DNA of 64,000 bases from Elusimicrobiota bacterium (GTDB taxonomy: Bacteria; Elusimicrobiota; Elusimicrobia; UBA1565; UBA9628): the NCBI GenBank assembly GCA_031423795.1, contig JANPGH010000123.1:14206-78205 (forward strand), written 5' to 3'. The notes under the pieces were generated by a model that worked only from the letters and a program-made list of their open reading frames with translations, ran no database searches and was not told the origin of the DNA. Shown here piece after piece: positions 17,415 through 25,574 of the stretch (position 1 is its first letter; the number at the start of each line of letters is the position of its first letter). The position numbers were made by a program, and so were the translations under genes.

Positions 17415-19046
17415 TTAGGGTTTCAAGGATTGGAGAAAGTCCCTGACCGAGCGGTTGTTCGGGTCCAGTTCCAGGACCTTGCGCCAAATCGCGACCGCTT
17501 TGTCTTTCTGGTCCATCAAGAAGAACGACGATCCCATGATCTCGAGCGCGGTCACGTTGTTGGGCTCCAAGTCCAGGACGTCTTGCGCGCGGCGCACCGC
17601 GGAGTCGTAATGGCCCTCGTAGATGGACTGCCGGGCGTCGAAGACCTTTTGGTCGACCCACGTGAACTGCTCGGGGCCCTCCAGCCGGCGCGTTACATCG
17701 GCAACCCCCGCTTCCTTCTCGACCATGTTCAACAGGCCGAGCAATTTCTCGTCGCGCGGGTTCTTGTTGAACGCGTAGCGCAGCGCGTTGACCGAGACCT
17801 TGAGGTCGCGCCCGTCGACGTAGGCGATAGCACCCTTGCGCACGAAGGTTTGCGCTTCCTCTCCGCCGGTGGCTGCCGGGACATAGTTGGTCACCGCAGA
17901 CAGGCGCGCGATCATGGTCTCGACTTGCTTGTTGCCGGGTGCTGCGTCCTGGGCCTGGTTGAACTTCTGTGCGGCCAAGGCGAAGTTTCCTTCCTGGAAA
18001 GCTTCCATTCCCGCTTTTACGAAATTCTTGACTTGCGCCGTCGACCGGTCGGACCGAGATTGGCCGAAGCGGAACGTGATCGAAATGCGCGTGCTGGACC
18101 CCAGGTCATGGATTCCTTGGGCGAGGTCGAGCGTAAAGCTGTTGAAATTGAGTCCGAAGCCGAAATCCGTCTCTTGGATCGACGGCAGCCCCAACAAGCC
18201 GAAGCGGAACGCGAACCAGCGAGAAACCCAATATTCGCCGCCAAAACGCAGCTCGGTCGAGGCGCTGAGCGATTTTTGGATGTCCGCTGAGAGCATCAGG
18301 CGCTCCTTGAACAGGCGCATCGAGTTGCCGAGCTTAATTGTCACCGGGTACTTGTCCTGGGTGTCGCCCTGGGTCTGGGAGAACACATTCTGCATTCCCA
18401 GCCCCACGCGGTAGGACGCTCCCATCGTCTTCATCATCCCTAAGTCCAAGGCCTTGGTGTTGTCGGCGGACCCGCCGACCTTGCGCGTGACCTGTTTGAC
18501 GGTCATGCCGAACAGCGTCGTCTCCGTAATGCCTTTGGCCCAAGACAGCGCCATCGCCTGCTGCTGGTCTTGGAAGCTGCCGTTGGTCTTCACCGAGGTC
18601 ACATCGCCTGATGTCGGGTTGTATACGGCGTCTACCTGCTCGAATCCGCTACCCGTGAACTGAGTCATGCTCAGCGCGAACACCGAGCCGCTCTTAGTTG
18701 GGTGGGCATAGCTGAAATACGTAAGTTTGGTCTGCACGTATAGTGTGGCCTGCATCGTCGTCAACTCTTTGCGCTGGAGCTGGGCCAGGCCGGCCGGGTT
18801 CCAATACGCGGCGGAAGCGTCGTCCGAGATGCCGTAGTAGGCACCGCCCATGGCCATCGCGCGGCCACCGACGCCGAAATTCATGAACTGACCGGTAACA
18901 CCACCGCTCTGGGCCGAGGCGTAAGCGGCGCAAAGGCTCAAAAACAGGCCTATTAGCACGCGCGCGCCACCGACGGCCTTTACTACGGCCGACGCAGGCG
19001 AGACGCGCTTGAGAGCGCGCCCCCTCACGTAGTTATAGGGCATCAC
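17415..19046 (-). CDS. outer-membrane beta-barrel (PorV/UPF0164-like N-terminal motif) with C-terminal TPR domain
   Basis: Signal peptide ...LSLCAAYASAQ. GGRAMAMGGAYYGISDDASAAYWNPAGLAQL motif, then alternating beta-strand pattern ending ...RISITFRF, followed by ~190 aa of TPR-like repeats. The first codon is GTG 19046, followed by ATG 19043. Confidence 0.6.
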   Translation of the reverse strand: MMPYNYVRGRALKRVSPASAVVKAVGGARVLIGLFLSLCAAYASAQSGGVTGQFMNFGVGGRAMAMGGAYYGISDDASAAYWNPAGLAQLQRKELTTMQATLYVQTKLTYFSYAHPTKSGSVFALSMTQFTGSGFEQVDAVYNPTSGDVTSVKTNGSFQDQQQAMALSWAKGITETTLFGMTVKQVTRKVGGSADNTKALDLGMMKTMGASYRVGLGMQNVFSQTQGDTQDKYPVTIKLGNSMRLFKERLMLSADIQKSLSASTELRFGGEYWVSRWFAFRFGLLGLPSIQETDFGFGLNFNSFTLDLAQGIHDLGSSTRISITFRFGQSRSDRSTAQVKNFVKAGMEAFQEGNFALAAQKFNQAQDAAPGNKQVETMIARLSAVTNYVPAATGGEEAQTFVRKGAIAYVDGRDLKVSVNALRYAFNKNPRDEKLLGLLNMVEKEAGVADVTRRLEGPEQFTWVDQKVFDARQSIYEGHYDSAVRRAQDVLDLEPNNVTALEIMGSSFFLMDQKDKAVAIWRKVLELDPNNRSVRDFLQSLKP

Positions 19047-19125
19047 AATTCGGTAGCCTGACGCTCCCGGCGCCCGGGAGTCACGGCTTTGCGCCCCTGG
19101 CTTGCGCCAAGTTTGCCGTTATCGC
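19047..19125 (-). promoter_or_regulatory. candidate c-di-GMP-I (GEMM-I) riboswitch aptamer in the operon leader
   Basis: Minus-strand RNA reads AACGGCAAAC-UUGGC[GCAA]GCCAG-GGGCGCAAAGCC-GUGACUCCCGG[GCG]CCGGGAGCGUCAGGC-UACCGAAUUGUGAUG. By eye this matches the hallmarks recalled from V. cholerae Vc2 (GGGCAAACC, a GNRA-capped hairpin, GGGACGCAAAGCC, a long second hairpin, and the tail ..UUACCG). The tail ends 7 nt before the start codon. No covariance-model scan was run. Confidence 0.55.
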
Positions 19126-19215
19126 CTATCCGTATCTACTGCTCACGCCGCGCCCCAGGATCATCCACCCCCGATCCGAAAGCGGCGTGCAACACGGCTA
19201 GGATGCAACTCTCGT

Positions 19216-19243
19216 ATTGTAACGGGAATATGGCACCTGTCAA
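19216..19243 (-). promoter_or_regulatory. sigma70-like promoter for the 19046..7688 operon
   Basis: The minus strand reads TTGACA (19243-19238), a 16-nt spacer, then TACAAT (19221-19216). Predicted leader is ~160 nt and contains the nested hairpin 19144..19189 (CACGCCGC...GCGGCGUG with inner GGAUC/GAUCC) and the riboswitch-like segment. Confidence 0.55.
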
Positions 19244-19368
19244 GGCCCAGATTCCCTCTGAAACGACGCGTTTTTTTGACTTTTAGGTGGAACGCCCACG
19301 CCCTTTAATTCCGCCGGCCGCCGAATCCGCGGCGATCCCATTTTTTCCATATTTTTATATCGAAACAC

Positions 19369-19397
19369 TTGACGCCACCATGGTCGGGGGCTAAACT
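19369..19397 (+). promoter_or_regulatory. sigma70-like promoter with AT-rich upstream tract; no obvious gene attached
   Basis: TTGACG (19369-74), a 17-nt spacer, then TAAACT (19392-97), preceded by cccattttttccatatttttatat. The next annotated + gene starts 480 nt downstream and has its own promoter. Confidence 0.45.
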
Positions 19398-19840
19398 GCG
19401 ACCGCGACGACTTTATGCTCCGATTTCACCGTACTGATGTTTTCTGCGCCGCGATCGGTGTATGTGTCCAACCAAGCTGTCTTCGACGGCGTAATGAACC
19501 GCTTTCGGCCTAGATTCTGGGGGAGCGTCACCGTTCGTTAGAACTCAACTTAACAACGGCCCAACGTTGGGGGAAAGGTAGCCTCCAATTTTTTAAGGTC
19601 GCTTTTTGGCGACCTTTGATTCGGTTAACAAATTCCATCTCGCTATTTTGTACTTGTTGGTTATACTCGCGTTAGTCCCGGGGGAAGAGCGGATTGTTTT
19701 TGTTTTTAAACTTTATTACCTTTCTCTGTATATGGCCAATGGTTGACTTGGTGTTTTGCAAAGGTCATTCCGGAGCCAATGAGTATGGGCCTGATCCATT
19801 AGCCCCCTCTTAATTCTAGCCTGGACGCAATCTGAGCCCC

Positions 19841-19869
19841 TAGACAACTCCACTTCGCCCTGTTAAACT
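19841..19869 (+). promoter_or_regulatory. promoter (TAGACA-17-TGtTAAACT) giving a leaderless mRNA for 19877..20500
   Basis: -35 TAGACA at 19841-46, TG at 19861-62, -10 TAAACT at 19864-69. ATG at 19877 lies 7 nt after the -10. No Shine-Dalgarno sequence. Confidence 0.5.
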
Positions 19870-19876
19870 TCCGTTT

Positions 19877-20500
19877 ATGCCCGAATCAGAGTCGGATTCT
19901 AAATTAGATAGACAAAAGCTGACTCTTTGGCTGTCGATTGGAGCTGCGATCTCCCTAATTCTGCCACTGCTTATCGCGGCTTATATGCATTGGGGCGGAA
20001 ACGGCGGGCCGGGGGGGCCAGGGATGCGCAATGACGTTTTCGAACATCGCGAAGGCGCCGATCGGCGGATCGTCCCGAACCAAGCCTTGGCCATGCCTGT
20101 AGCGCCGCCGCCGACCAATAAAGTCAACCGCCAAGACCTCGAGAACAGCGGATCTTCTCTCGATTTTATCAAGCCGGCTTCGGAAATCGCCGGTAAAGTC
20201 GCCCCTCCGGCCGCGGTGCCACCAGTCGCCCCGGCTCCCGAAAAGACACCCGTGGCAGCGCCCCCGCCGAAAGCCGTGCATAAACCCGCGCCAAAGAGCA
20301 AAAAGAGTTTCGCAACACCCAAGCTGCAGCCGTCGCGCGGGTTTACGAAGATGGGCGGATCGAAAAATGCGACGCCGACCGCAAATGGTTCCCCGTCGCA
20401 GGGCGGGAGCCAACAGGACTTGCTGAAAAACCTAGTGCCGGAAGCGGCCAACAATCCCCAGCTTCAGCAGTACCTCAACCAACATGGTCAGGGGCAGTAG
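19877..20500 (+). CDS. single-pass membrane protein with Pro/Ala/Lys-rich extracytoplasmic region
   Basis: TM helix LTLWLSIGAAISLILPLLIAAYM followed by a low-complexity P/A/K-rich region. No recognisable family. Confidence 0.45.
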   Translation: MPESESDSKLDRQKLTLWLSIGAAISLILPLLIAAYMHWGGNGGPGGPGMRNDVFEHREGADRRIVPNQALAMPVAPPPTNKVNRQDLENSGSSLDFIKPASEIAGKVAPPAAVPPVAPAPEKTPVAAPPPKAVHKPAPKSKKSFATPKLQPSRGFTKMGGSKNATPTANGSPSQGGSQQDLLKNLVPEAANNPQLQQYLNQHGQGQ

Positions 20501-20503
20501 GGC

Positions 20504-21400
20504 TTAAGCGGCCAGCGGGCGACGGGATTTCAAAACGGTCTCGCCGATCTCGGACAGGTTTTCGACCACCGTGATGCCAGCCGCGCGCATCGCCGCAATC
20601 TTCGACTCGTGGGTTCCCGCTCCACCTTCGACGATCGCGCCCGCGTGGCCCATACGACGGCCCACCGGAGCGGACTTACCGGCAATGAAGCCGAAAACGG
20701 GCTTGGTCATCTTGTCCTTGAAGAATCGCGCCGCGTCCTCTTCGGCCGCACCCCCGATCTCGCCAATCATGACGACGGCTTCGGTCTGGGGATCCGCCTC
20801 GAATTTCGCCAGGATGTCCGAGAAGTTCGAGCCCGCGATCGGGTCGCCGCCGATGCCGACGACCGTCGACTGGCCGAGGCCGCGCTTGGTGAGCTGGTCA
20901 ACGGCTTCGTAGGTCAAGGTACCGGACCGTGAGACGACGCCGATCGACCCGGGTTTATGGATGAATCCGGGCATGATTCCCGCCTTGCACTCTCCGGGCG
21001 TGATCACGCCGGGGCAATTCGGGCCGATGAGCGTGATTTCACGCCCCTGGCGCGACTGGATATCGATGTAGCGCTTGACGCGCGCCATGTCGAGCACGGG
21101 AATGCCCTCGGTAATGCAGATGATCGTCGAGCAGCCCGCGTCGACCGCTTCCATGATCGAGTCCGCGGCGTACGGCGCGGGGACAAATATCAACGAGGCA
21201 AACGCGCCGGTGTTGCGCACCGCGTCGTGCACGGTATTGAACACCGGACGATCGAGGTGGGTCTGGCCGCCTCGGCCGGGGGTTACGCCGGCCACGATTT
21301 GCGAGCCGTATTCGATGCACTGCTTGGCGTGGAAGGAGCCCGCCGAGCCGGTAAATCCTTGCACGAGAATCTTCGAGGATTTGTCGAGGATGATGGACAT
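20504..21400 (-). CDS. sucD: succinate--CoA ligase subunit alpha
   Basis: [45 protein letters not shown]...MGHAGAIV. The start was moved to ATG 21400, just after the sucC stop at 21403 (track ORF starts at 21448). Confidence 0.9.
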   Translation of the reverse strand: MSIILDKSSKILVQGFTGSAGSFHAKQCIEYGSQIVAGVTPGRGGQTHLDRPVFNTVHDAVRNTGAFASLIFVPAPYAADSIMEAVDAGCSTIICITEGIPVLDMARVKRYIDIQSRQGREITLIGPNCPGVITPGECKAGIMPGFIHKPGSIGVVSRSGTLTYEAVDQLTKRGLGQSTVVGIGGDPIAGSNFSDILAKFEADPQTEAVVMIGEIGGAAEEDAARFFKDKMTKPVFGFIAGKSAPVGRRMGHAGAIVEGGAGTHESKIAAMRAAGITVVENLSEIGETVLKSRRPLAA

Positions 21401-21402
21401 GG

Positions 21403-22566
21403 TTATTTCCCCTTCGCCGCGTCGACCGCTTTTTGGGCGGCCTCCCAAAGTTCGTCCGCTTGAATCAACGGGATTCCCGAGTCACGGAGAATTTTCTTGC
21501 CCGCGTCGACGTTCGTGCCCTGCAGCCGCACGACGAGCGGGATGCGCAGCTTGATTTTCTTCAAGGCGGCCACCACTCCGGCCGCGATCATATCGCATTT
21601 CACGATGCCGCCGAAGATGTTGATCAAAATCGCCTTGACCTTCTTGTCCTTCAGGATGATTTTGAGCGCGTGCGTCACGCGGGCCTCGTCGGCGGAACCG
21701 CCGACGTCGAGGAAATTCGCCGGACTTCCGCCGGCGAGCGCGATCGTGTCCATGGTCCCCATCGCGAGCCCCGCACCGTTGACCATGCAGCCGATGGTAC
21801 CGTCCAGGCCGACGTAGGAGATGTCGTGTTTTTTGGCCTCGATTTCAAGGGCCGTCGCCTCGTGATCCGGGCGTCTCGCCAAGTCCTTCTGACGGAACAG
21901 GGCGTTGTCGTCGGTGATCATTTTGGCGTCCAACGCCATAATGCCTTTAGGAGTCAAAATCAGCGGATTGATTTCCAGCATCGAGCCGTCCAAGTCGATG
22001 AATGCCTTGACCAAGGCCTTAGTCACGCGACAGAATTCGCCAACTCGGTCGTTCGGAATGGCCAGCGCGAACGCAAGCCGGCGCGCGGCGAAGTCTCTCA
22101 AGCCAACGTTTGGATCGACGCCCATGCGGATGATCGCCTCGGGATGCTCCTCGGCCAAGGTCTCGATTTCCATCCCGCCTTGGGCTGAGGCGATGATGAC
22201 CGGGCCCGCGGATTTGCGGTCCATCACGACGGAGAAATAAAGCTCGCGCTCGATCTTGACGCCGCCTTCAATCAATAATTCATTAACCTTGATCGCTTGG
22301 CCGTGCGTTTGGTGCGTGATCAGGTCCATACCGATCATCGCCTTGGCGAAGGCCGCGGCTTCCTTCGGCGTTTTGGCGAGCTTGATTCCGCCCGCCTTGC
22401 CCCGTCCGCCCGCCAACACCTGAGCCTTGAGCACCCATGGAGCCTTCCCCGCACGCCGCAAAGCTGCTGACAATTGGCCCGTCTTCTTGATCACTCCGCC
22501 GTTCGCGGGGACCGGCACGCCACGCTCCTTCAAAATTTCCTTCGCCTCGAACTCGAGAAGCTTCAT
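21403..22566 (-). CDS. sucC: succinate--CoA ligase subunit beta
   Basis: [20 protein letters not shown]...[20 protein letters not shown]...[10 protein letters not shown]. Confidence 0.9.
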   Translation of the reverse strand: MKLLEFEAKEILKERGVPVPANGGVIKKTGQLSAALRRAGKAPWVLKAQVLAGGRGKAGGIKLAKTPKEAAAFAKAMIGMDLITHQTHGQAIKVNELLIEGGVKIERELYFSVVMDRKSAGPVIIASAQGGMEIETLAEEHPEAIIRMGVDPNVGLRDFAARRLAFALAIPNDRVGEFCRVTKALVKAFIDLDGSMLEINPLILTPKGIMALDAKMITDDNALFRQKDLARRPDHEATALEIEAKKHDISYVGLDGTIGCMVNGAGLAMGTMDTIALAGGSPANFLDVGGSADEARVTHALKIILKDKKVKAILINIFGGIVKCDMIAAGVVAALKKIKLRIPLVVRLQGTNVDAGKKILRDSGIPLIQADELWEAAQKAVDAAKGK

Positions 22567-22593
22567 TTCATCTCCTTGTCAGCGTTGACGGCG

Positions 22594-23628
22594 TCAGGCG
22601 ACGGTCCAGGTCTCGGGGCCCTTGAGAAGCTTTGCGAGATCGGCCGGCTTTTCCTTCTTCGCGTGGTCGATTTGCCCGGTCATCAGCTCGTGTAGCGCGG
22701 GGCGTTCGACGGAGCGCAGTACGCCGAGCGGCATCGGGTCGCCTATCTGCGCGAGCACGTTGGCCAGCGTGGGTGTGGTCGCGTGCTCATTGTGCGTCAA
22801 CAAATCCGCCGGCGGGTTGGCAGGGTCGAAGGTCACGACCTCGGTCTCCAGGCCCTTCAGACGCAGGCCTTTGTCCTTCTTCGCGCCGAAAATCATCGGC
22901 TTGCCGTGCTGGAGCTTGAGCGTTTTCTCGTCGCGCACACCTTTGGCGATCACTGGATCCCAGACAGCGTCATTGAAGACAATGCAGTTCTGGAAAATCT
23001 CAATGAACGCGGAGCCTTTATGCTTCGCGGCTCGGCCTAACACCTCGGCGAGATGGGGCAGGTCGGTGTCGGCGGCCCGGGCGACGAAGCTCGCCTCGGC
23101 CGCAAGTGCTATTGCAATCGGATTAAGCGGTGCGTCGATCGTCCCCATCGGCGAAGACTTGGTCTTCATGCCGAGTTCCGAAGTCGGCGAATACTGTCCC
23201 TTGGTCAACCCGTAGATCTTATTGTTGAACAACAATATCTTCAAGTCGACGTTGCGCCTGAGGGCGTGTATTAGGTGGTTGCCTCCGATCGACAGGCCGT
23301 CGCCATCGCCGGTGATCACCCAGACTTGGAGCTCGGGGCGCGCGCACTTGACGCCGGTGGCCACCGTCGGAGCGCGGCCGTGGATCGAGTGGAAGCCGTA
23401 GGTGTTCATGTAGTACGGGAACCGCGACGAGCACCCGATTCCCGAGACGAAAACGATGTTCTCTTTGGGAATTCCGACGCTCGGCATCAATTTCTGGACG
23501 ACAGACAAGATCGCGTAGTCGCCGCAGCCGGGGCACCAGCGGACCAATTGGTCCGACTTGAAGTCCTTCGCCTGAAGCACGGGGCCCGACGCGGGCAGGG
23601 TTTCGAGTTCGTCTTGCATATCGGCCAT
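22594..23628 (-). CDS. korB: 2-oxoacid:ferredoxin oxidoreductase beta subunit (2-oxoglutarate type inferred from context)
   Basis: WCPGCGDYAILSVVQKLM...GIGCSSRFPYYMNTYGFHSIHGRAPTVATG...ITGDGDGLSIGGNH (TPP-binding motif). Confidence 0.85.
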   Translation of the reverse strand: MADMQDELETLPASGPVLQAKDFKSDQLVRWCPGCGDYAILSVVQKLMPSVGIPKENIVFVSGIGCSSRFPYYMNTYGFHSIHGRAPTVATGVKCARPELQVWVITGDGDGLSIGGNHLIHALRRNVDLKILLFNNKIYGLTKGQYSPTSELGMKTKSSPMGTIDAPLNPIAIALAAEASFVARAADTDLPHLAEVLGRAAKHKGSAFIEIFQNCIVFNDAVWDPVIAKGVRDEKTLKLQHGKPMIFGAKKDKGLRLKGLETEVVTFDPANPPADLLTHNEHATTPTLANVLAQIGDPMPLGVLRSVERPALHELMTGQIDHAKKEKPADLAKLLKGPETWTVA

Positions 23629-23629
23629 G

Positions 23630-25495
23630 TTACTTGTCCCCCAACAACGATTGAATCCCGGCTTCGATCTCAGACACTTTAAATGGCTGTCCCTTGACCT
23701 TGTTGAGGCCCGTCGCCGGCACCAGGTATTTCGCGCGCAGGACCTTCAAGAACTGGCCCATGTTCAACTCCGGAACGAGAACGTGTTCGTATGCGGCCAG
23801 GATGTCGCCGAGATCCGGAGGCAGGGGATTAAGGTGCCGAATGTGCACCGACGACACGGACTTTCCGGCTTTCTGAAGGTTCTGGACGGCAGCCGTGATC
23901 GCGCCGTACGTGCCGCCCCAACCGACGACGAGGACCTTGCCCTTCTTCTCGCCGAGCACTTCGGTCGGCGGGATGTCTTGGGCGATCTTGTTAACCTTCG
24001 CCGCGCGCAAACGGACCATGCGCTCGTGGTTTTCTGGGTCATAGGACACCGTGCCGGTGATGTCCTGTTTCTCGATACCGCCGATACGGTGTTCGTAGCC
24101 GGCTAGGCCCGGAGCCACCCACGCGCGCGCCATCGTCTCCGGATCGCGCTTGTAGGGCTTCCAATCGGCCGCGGGCGGAGGCGTCGCTTTTTCGAATTTT
24201 TGGAGCTTGCTGGGATCGGGAACGGCCCATGGTTCGGAACCGTTGGCCAAATAACCGTCGGTGAGCAGGAACACGGGTGTCATGTACTTGACCGCCAGGC
24301 GGCAGGCCTCGTACGCCATTTCATAACAGTCTCCCGGTGTGGCCGCGGCGATCACGGGCACCGGGCACTCGCCGTTGCGGCCGTACAAGGCTTGCAGAAG
24401 GTCCGCTTGCTCGGTTTTTGTCGGCAGCCCGGTCGAAGGTCCGCCGCGTTGAACGTTGAGGATGACCAACGGCAGCTCGGTCATTACCGCCAGACCAATC
24501 GCCTCGCCCTTGAGCGCGATGCCCGGACCCGACGTCGTGGTGAGCGCCAGGCAACCCGCAAAAGACGCCCCAATGGCCGATCCGATGGCGGCGATCTCGT
24601 CTTCCGCCTGGAATGTCTTCACTCCGAAATTCTTGTGCTTCGACAGCTCATGCAGGACGTCGGATGCCGGCGTGATTGGGTAGGAGCCCAGCCATAGTTG
24701 CAGTCCCGACAATTGAGAGGCGGTAATGAACCCCAGCGCGGTCGCCTCGTTGCCGGTGATGTTCCGGTACAGGCCGGGCTTGATCGGCGCCTTGCGCACG
24801 CGGAAGTGATGGCCGAAAATTTCCGCCGTCTCGGCGTAAGCGTTGCCCGCGTGCAGCGCGCGATGGTTGGCTTCCACGTACTTCGGGTTCTTCTTGAACT
24901 TATGCTCGATCCATTTTAAGGTGGCGTCCATGGGCCGGTCGTAGAGCCAATACGTCATACCGAGCGCGAAAAAGTTCTTGCAGCGCTCGGTCTCCGTGGC
25001 CGAAAGACCCAGGCCTTCGAGCGCGTTCCGGGTCAGGCGGGACAACTCGACTTGGATCAAGCGAAAATCGGAGAGACTGCCATCGTCCAGCGGATTTTGG
25101 GTGTAACCGGCCTTCACCAAATTGGCCTGGCTGAACGTGTCCTTGTTAACCAACAGAATGCCACCCGTGCGTACATCCTTATAATTGGCCTTCAGGGCCG
25201 CCGGGTTCATCGCGACCAGCACGTCGGGAGCGTCTCCCGGAGTGAGCACTTCGCGCGATGAAAATTGGATTTGGAATCCGGACACACCGGCGATGGTGCC
25301 AACGGGGGCGCGGATCTCGGCGGGAAAGTCGGGAAGGGTGGAGAGGTCGTTTCCGGCGAAGGCGGTAGTGGTGGTGAATTGAGAGCCGGTCAGCTGAATA
25401 CCGTCACCCGAGTCTCCTGCAAAACGAATCACGGCAGATTCAATTTCCTCGACCGGCAGCGCCGCGGGCTTTGAGGTAATGGTGGTGTCGCTCAT
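23630..25495 (-). CDS. korA: 2-oxoacid:ferredoxin oxidoreductase alpha subunit (fused gamma-alpha type)
   Basis: VIRFAGDSGDGIQLTGSQFT...SYPITPASDVLHEL...GLPTKTEQADLLQALYGRNGECP. Its stop lies 1 nt before the korB start. Confidence 0.85.
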   Translation of the reverse strand: MSDTTITSKPAALPVEEIESAVIRFAGDSGDGIQLTGSQFTTTTAFAGNDLSTLPDFPAEIRAPVGTIAGVSGFQIQFSSREVLTPGDAPDVLVAMNPAALKANYKDVRTGGILLVNKDTFSQANLVKAGYTQNPLDDGSLSDFRLIQVELSRLTRNALEGLGLSATETERCKNFFALGMTYWLYDRPMDATLKWIEHKFKKNPKYVEANHRALHAGNAYAETAEIFGHHFRVRKAPIKPGLYRNITGNEATALGFITASQLSGLQLWLGSYPITPASDVLHELSKHKNFGVKTFQAEDEIAAIGSAIGASFAGCLALTTTSGPGIALKGEAIGLAVMTELPLVILNVQRGGPSTGLPTKTEQADLLQALYGRNGECPVPVIAAATPGDCYEMAYEACRLAVKYMTPVFLLTDGYLANGSEPWAVPDPSKLQKFEKATPPPAADWKPYKRDPETMARAWVAPGLAGYEHRIGGIEKQDITGTVSYDPENHERMVRLRAAKVNKIAQDIPPTEVLGEKKGKVLVVGWGGTYGAITAAVQNLQKAGKSVSSVHIRHLNPLPPDLGDILAAYEHVLVPELNMGQFLKVLRAKYLVPATGLNKVKGQPFKVSEIEAGIQSLLGDK

Positions 25496-25574
25496 GCAGT
25501 CATTCTACCCCCGCACACCACGCGGATTCAATTGATTCAGGTCAACGAATGTAAAGACTTTGGCCCGTCGTCAG

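Noticed and set aside
15534-18414. + strand ORFs of 160-290 aa (15534..16304, 16776..17330, 17430..18290, 17887..18414).
   Set aside because: They are antisense to the FliF-FliG-like and OM-barrel genes. The products are low-complexity and Arg/Leu/Asp-rich.
19381-19440. tmRNA-like 5' string (gtcgggggctaaact...) in the long intergenic region.
   Set aside because: No tRNA-like T-arm (GGTTCGAATCC), no tag-peptide reading frame ending in ..AA-stop, and no acceptor pairing could be found. The string is better explained as a promoter -10 (TAAACT).
19415-19513. A 32-codon Cys-rich ORF just downstream of the orphan promoter, considered as a micro-protein gene.
   Set aside because: It is not reported as a feature. 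It has no Shine-Dalgarno sequence, no family resemblance and no conservation data. It is mentioned only as an alternative reading of the candidate sRNA locus.
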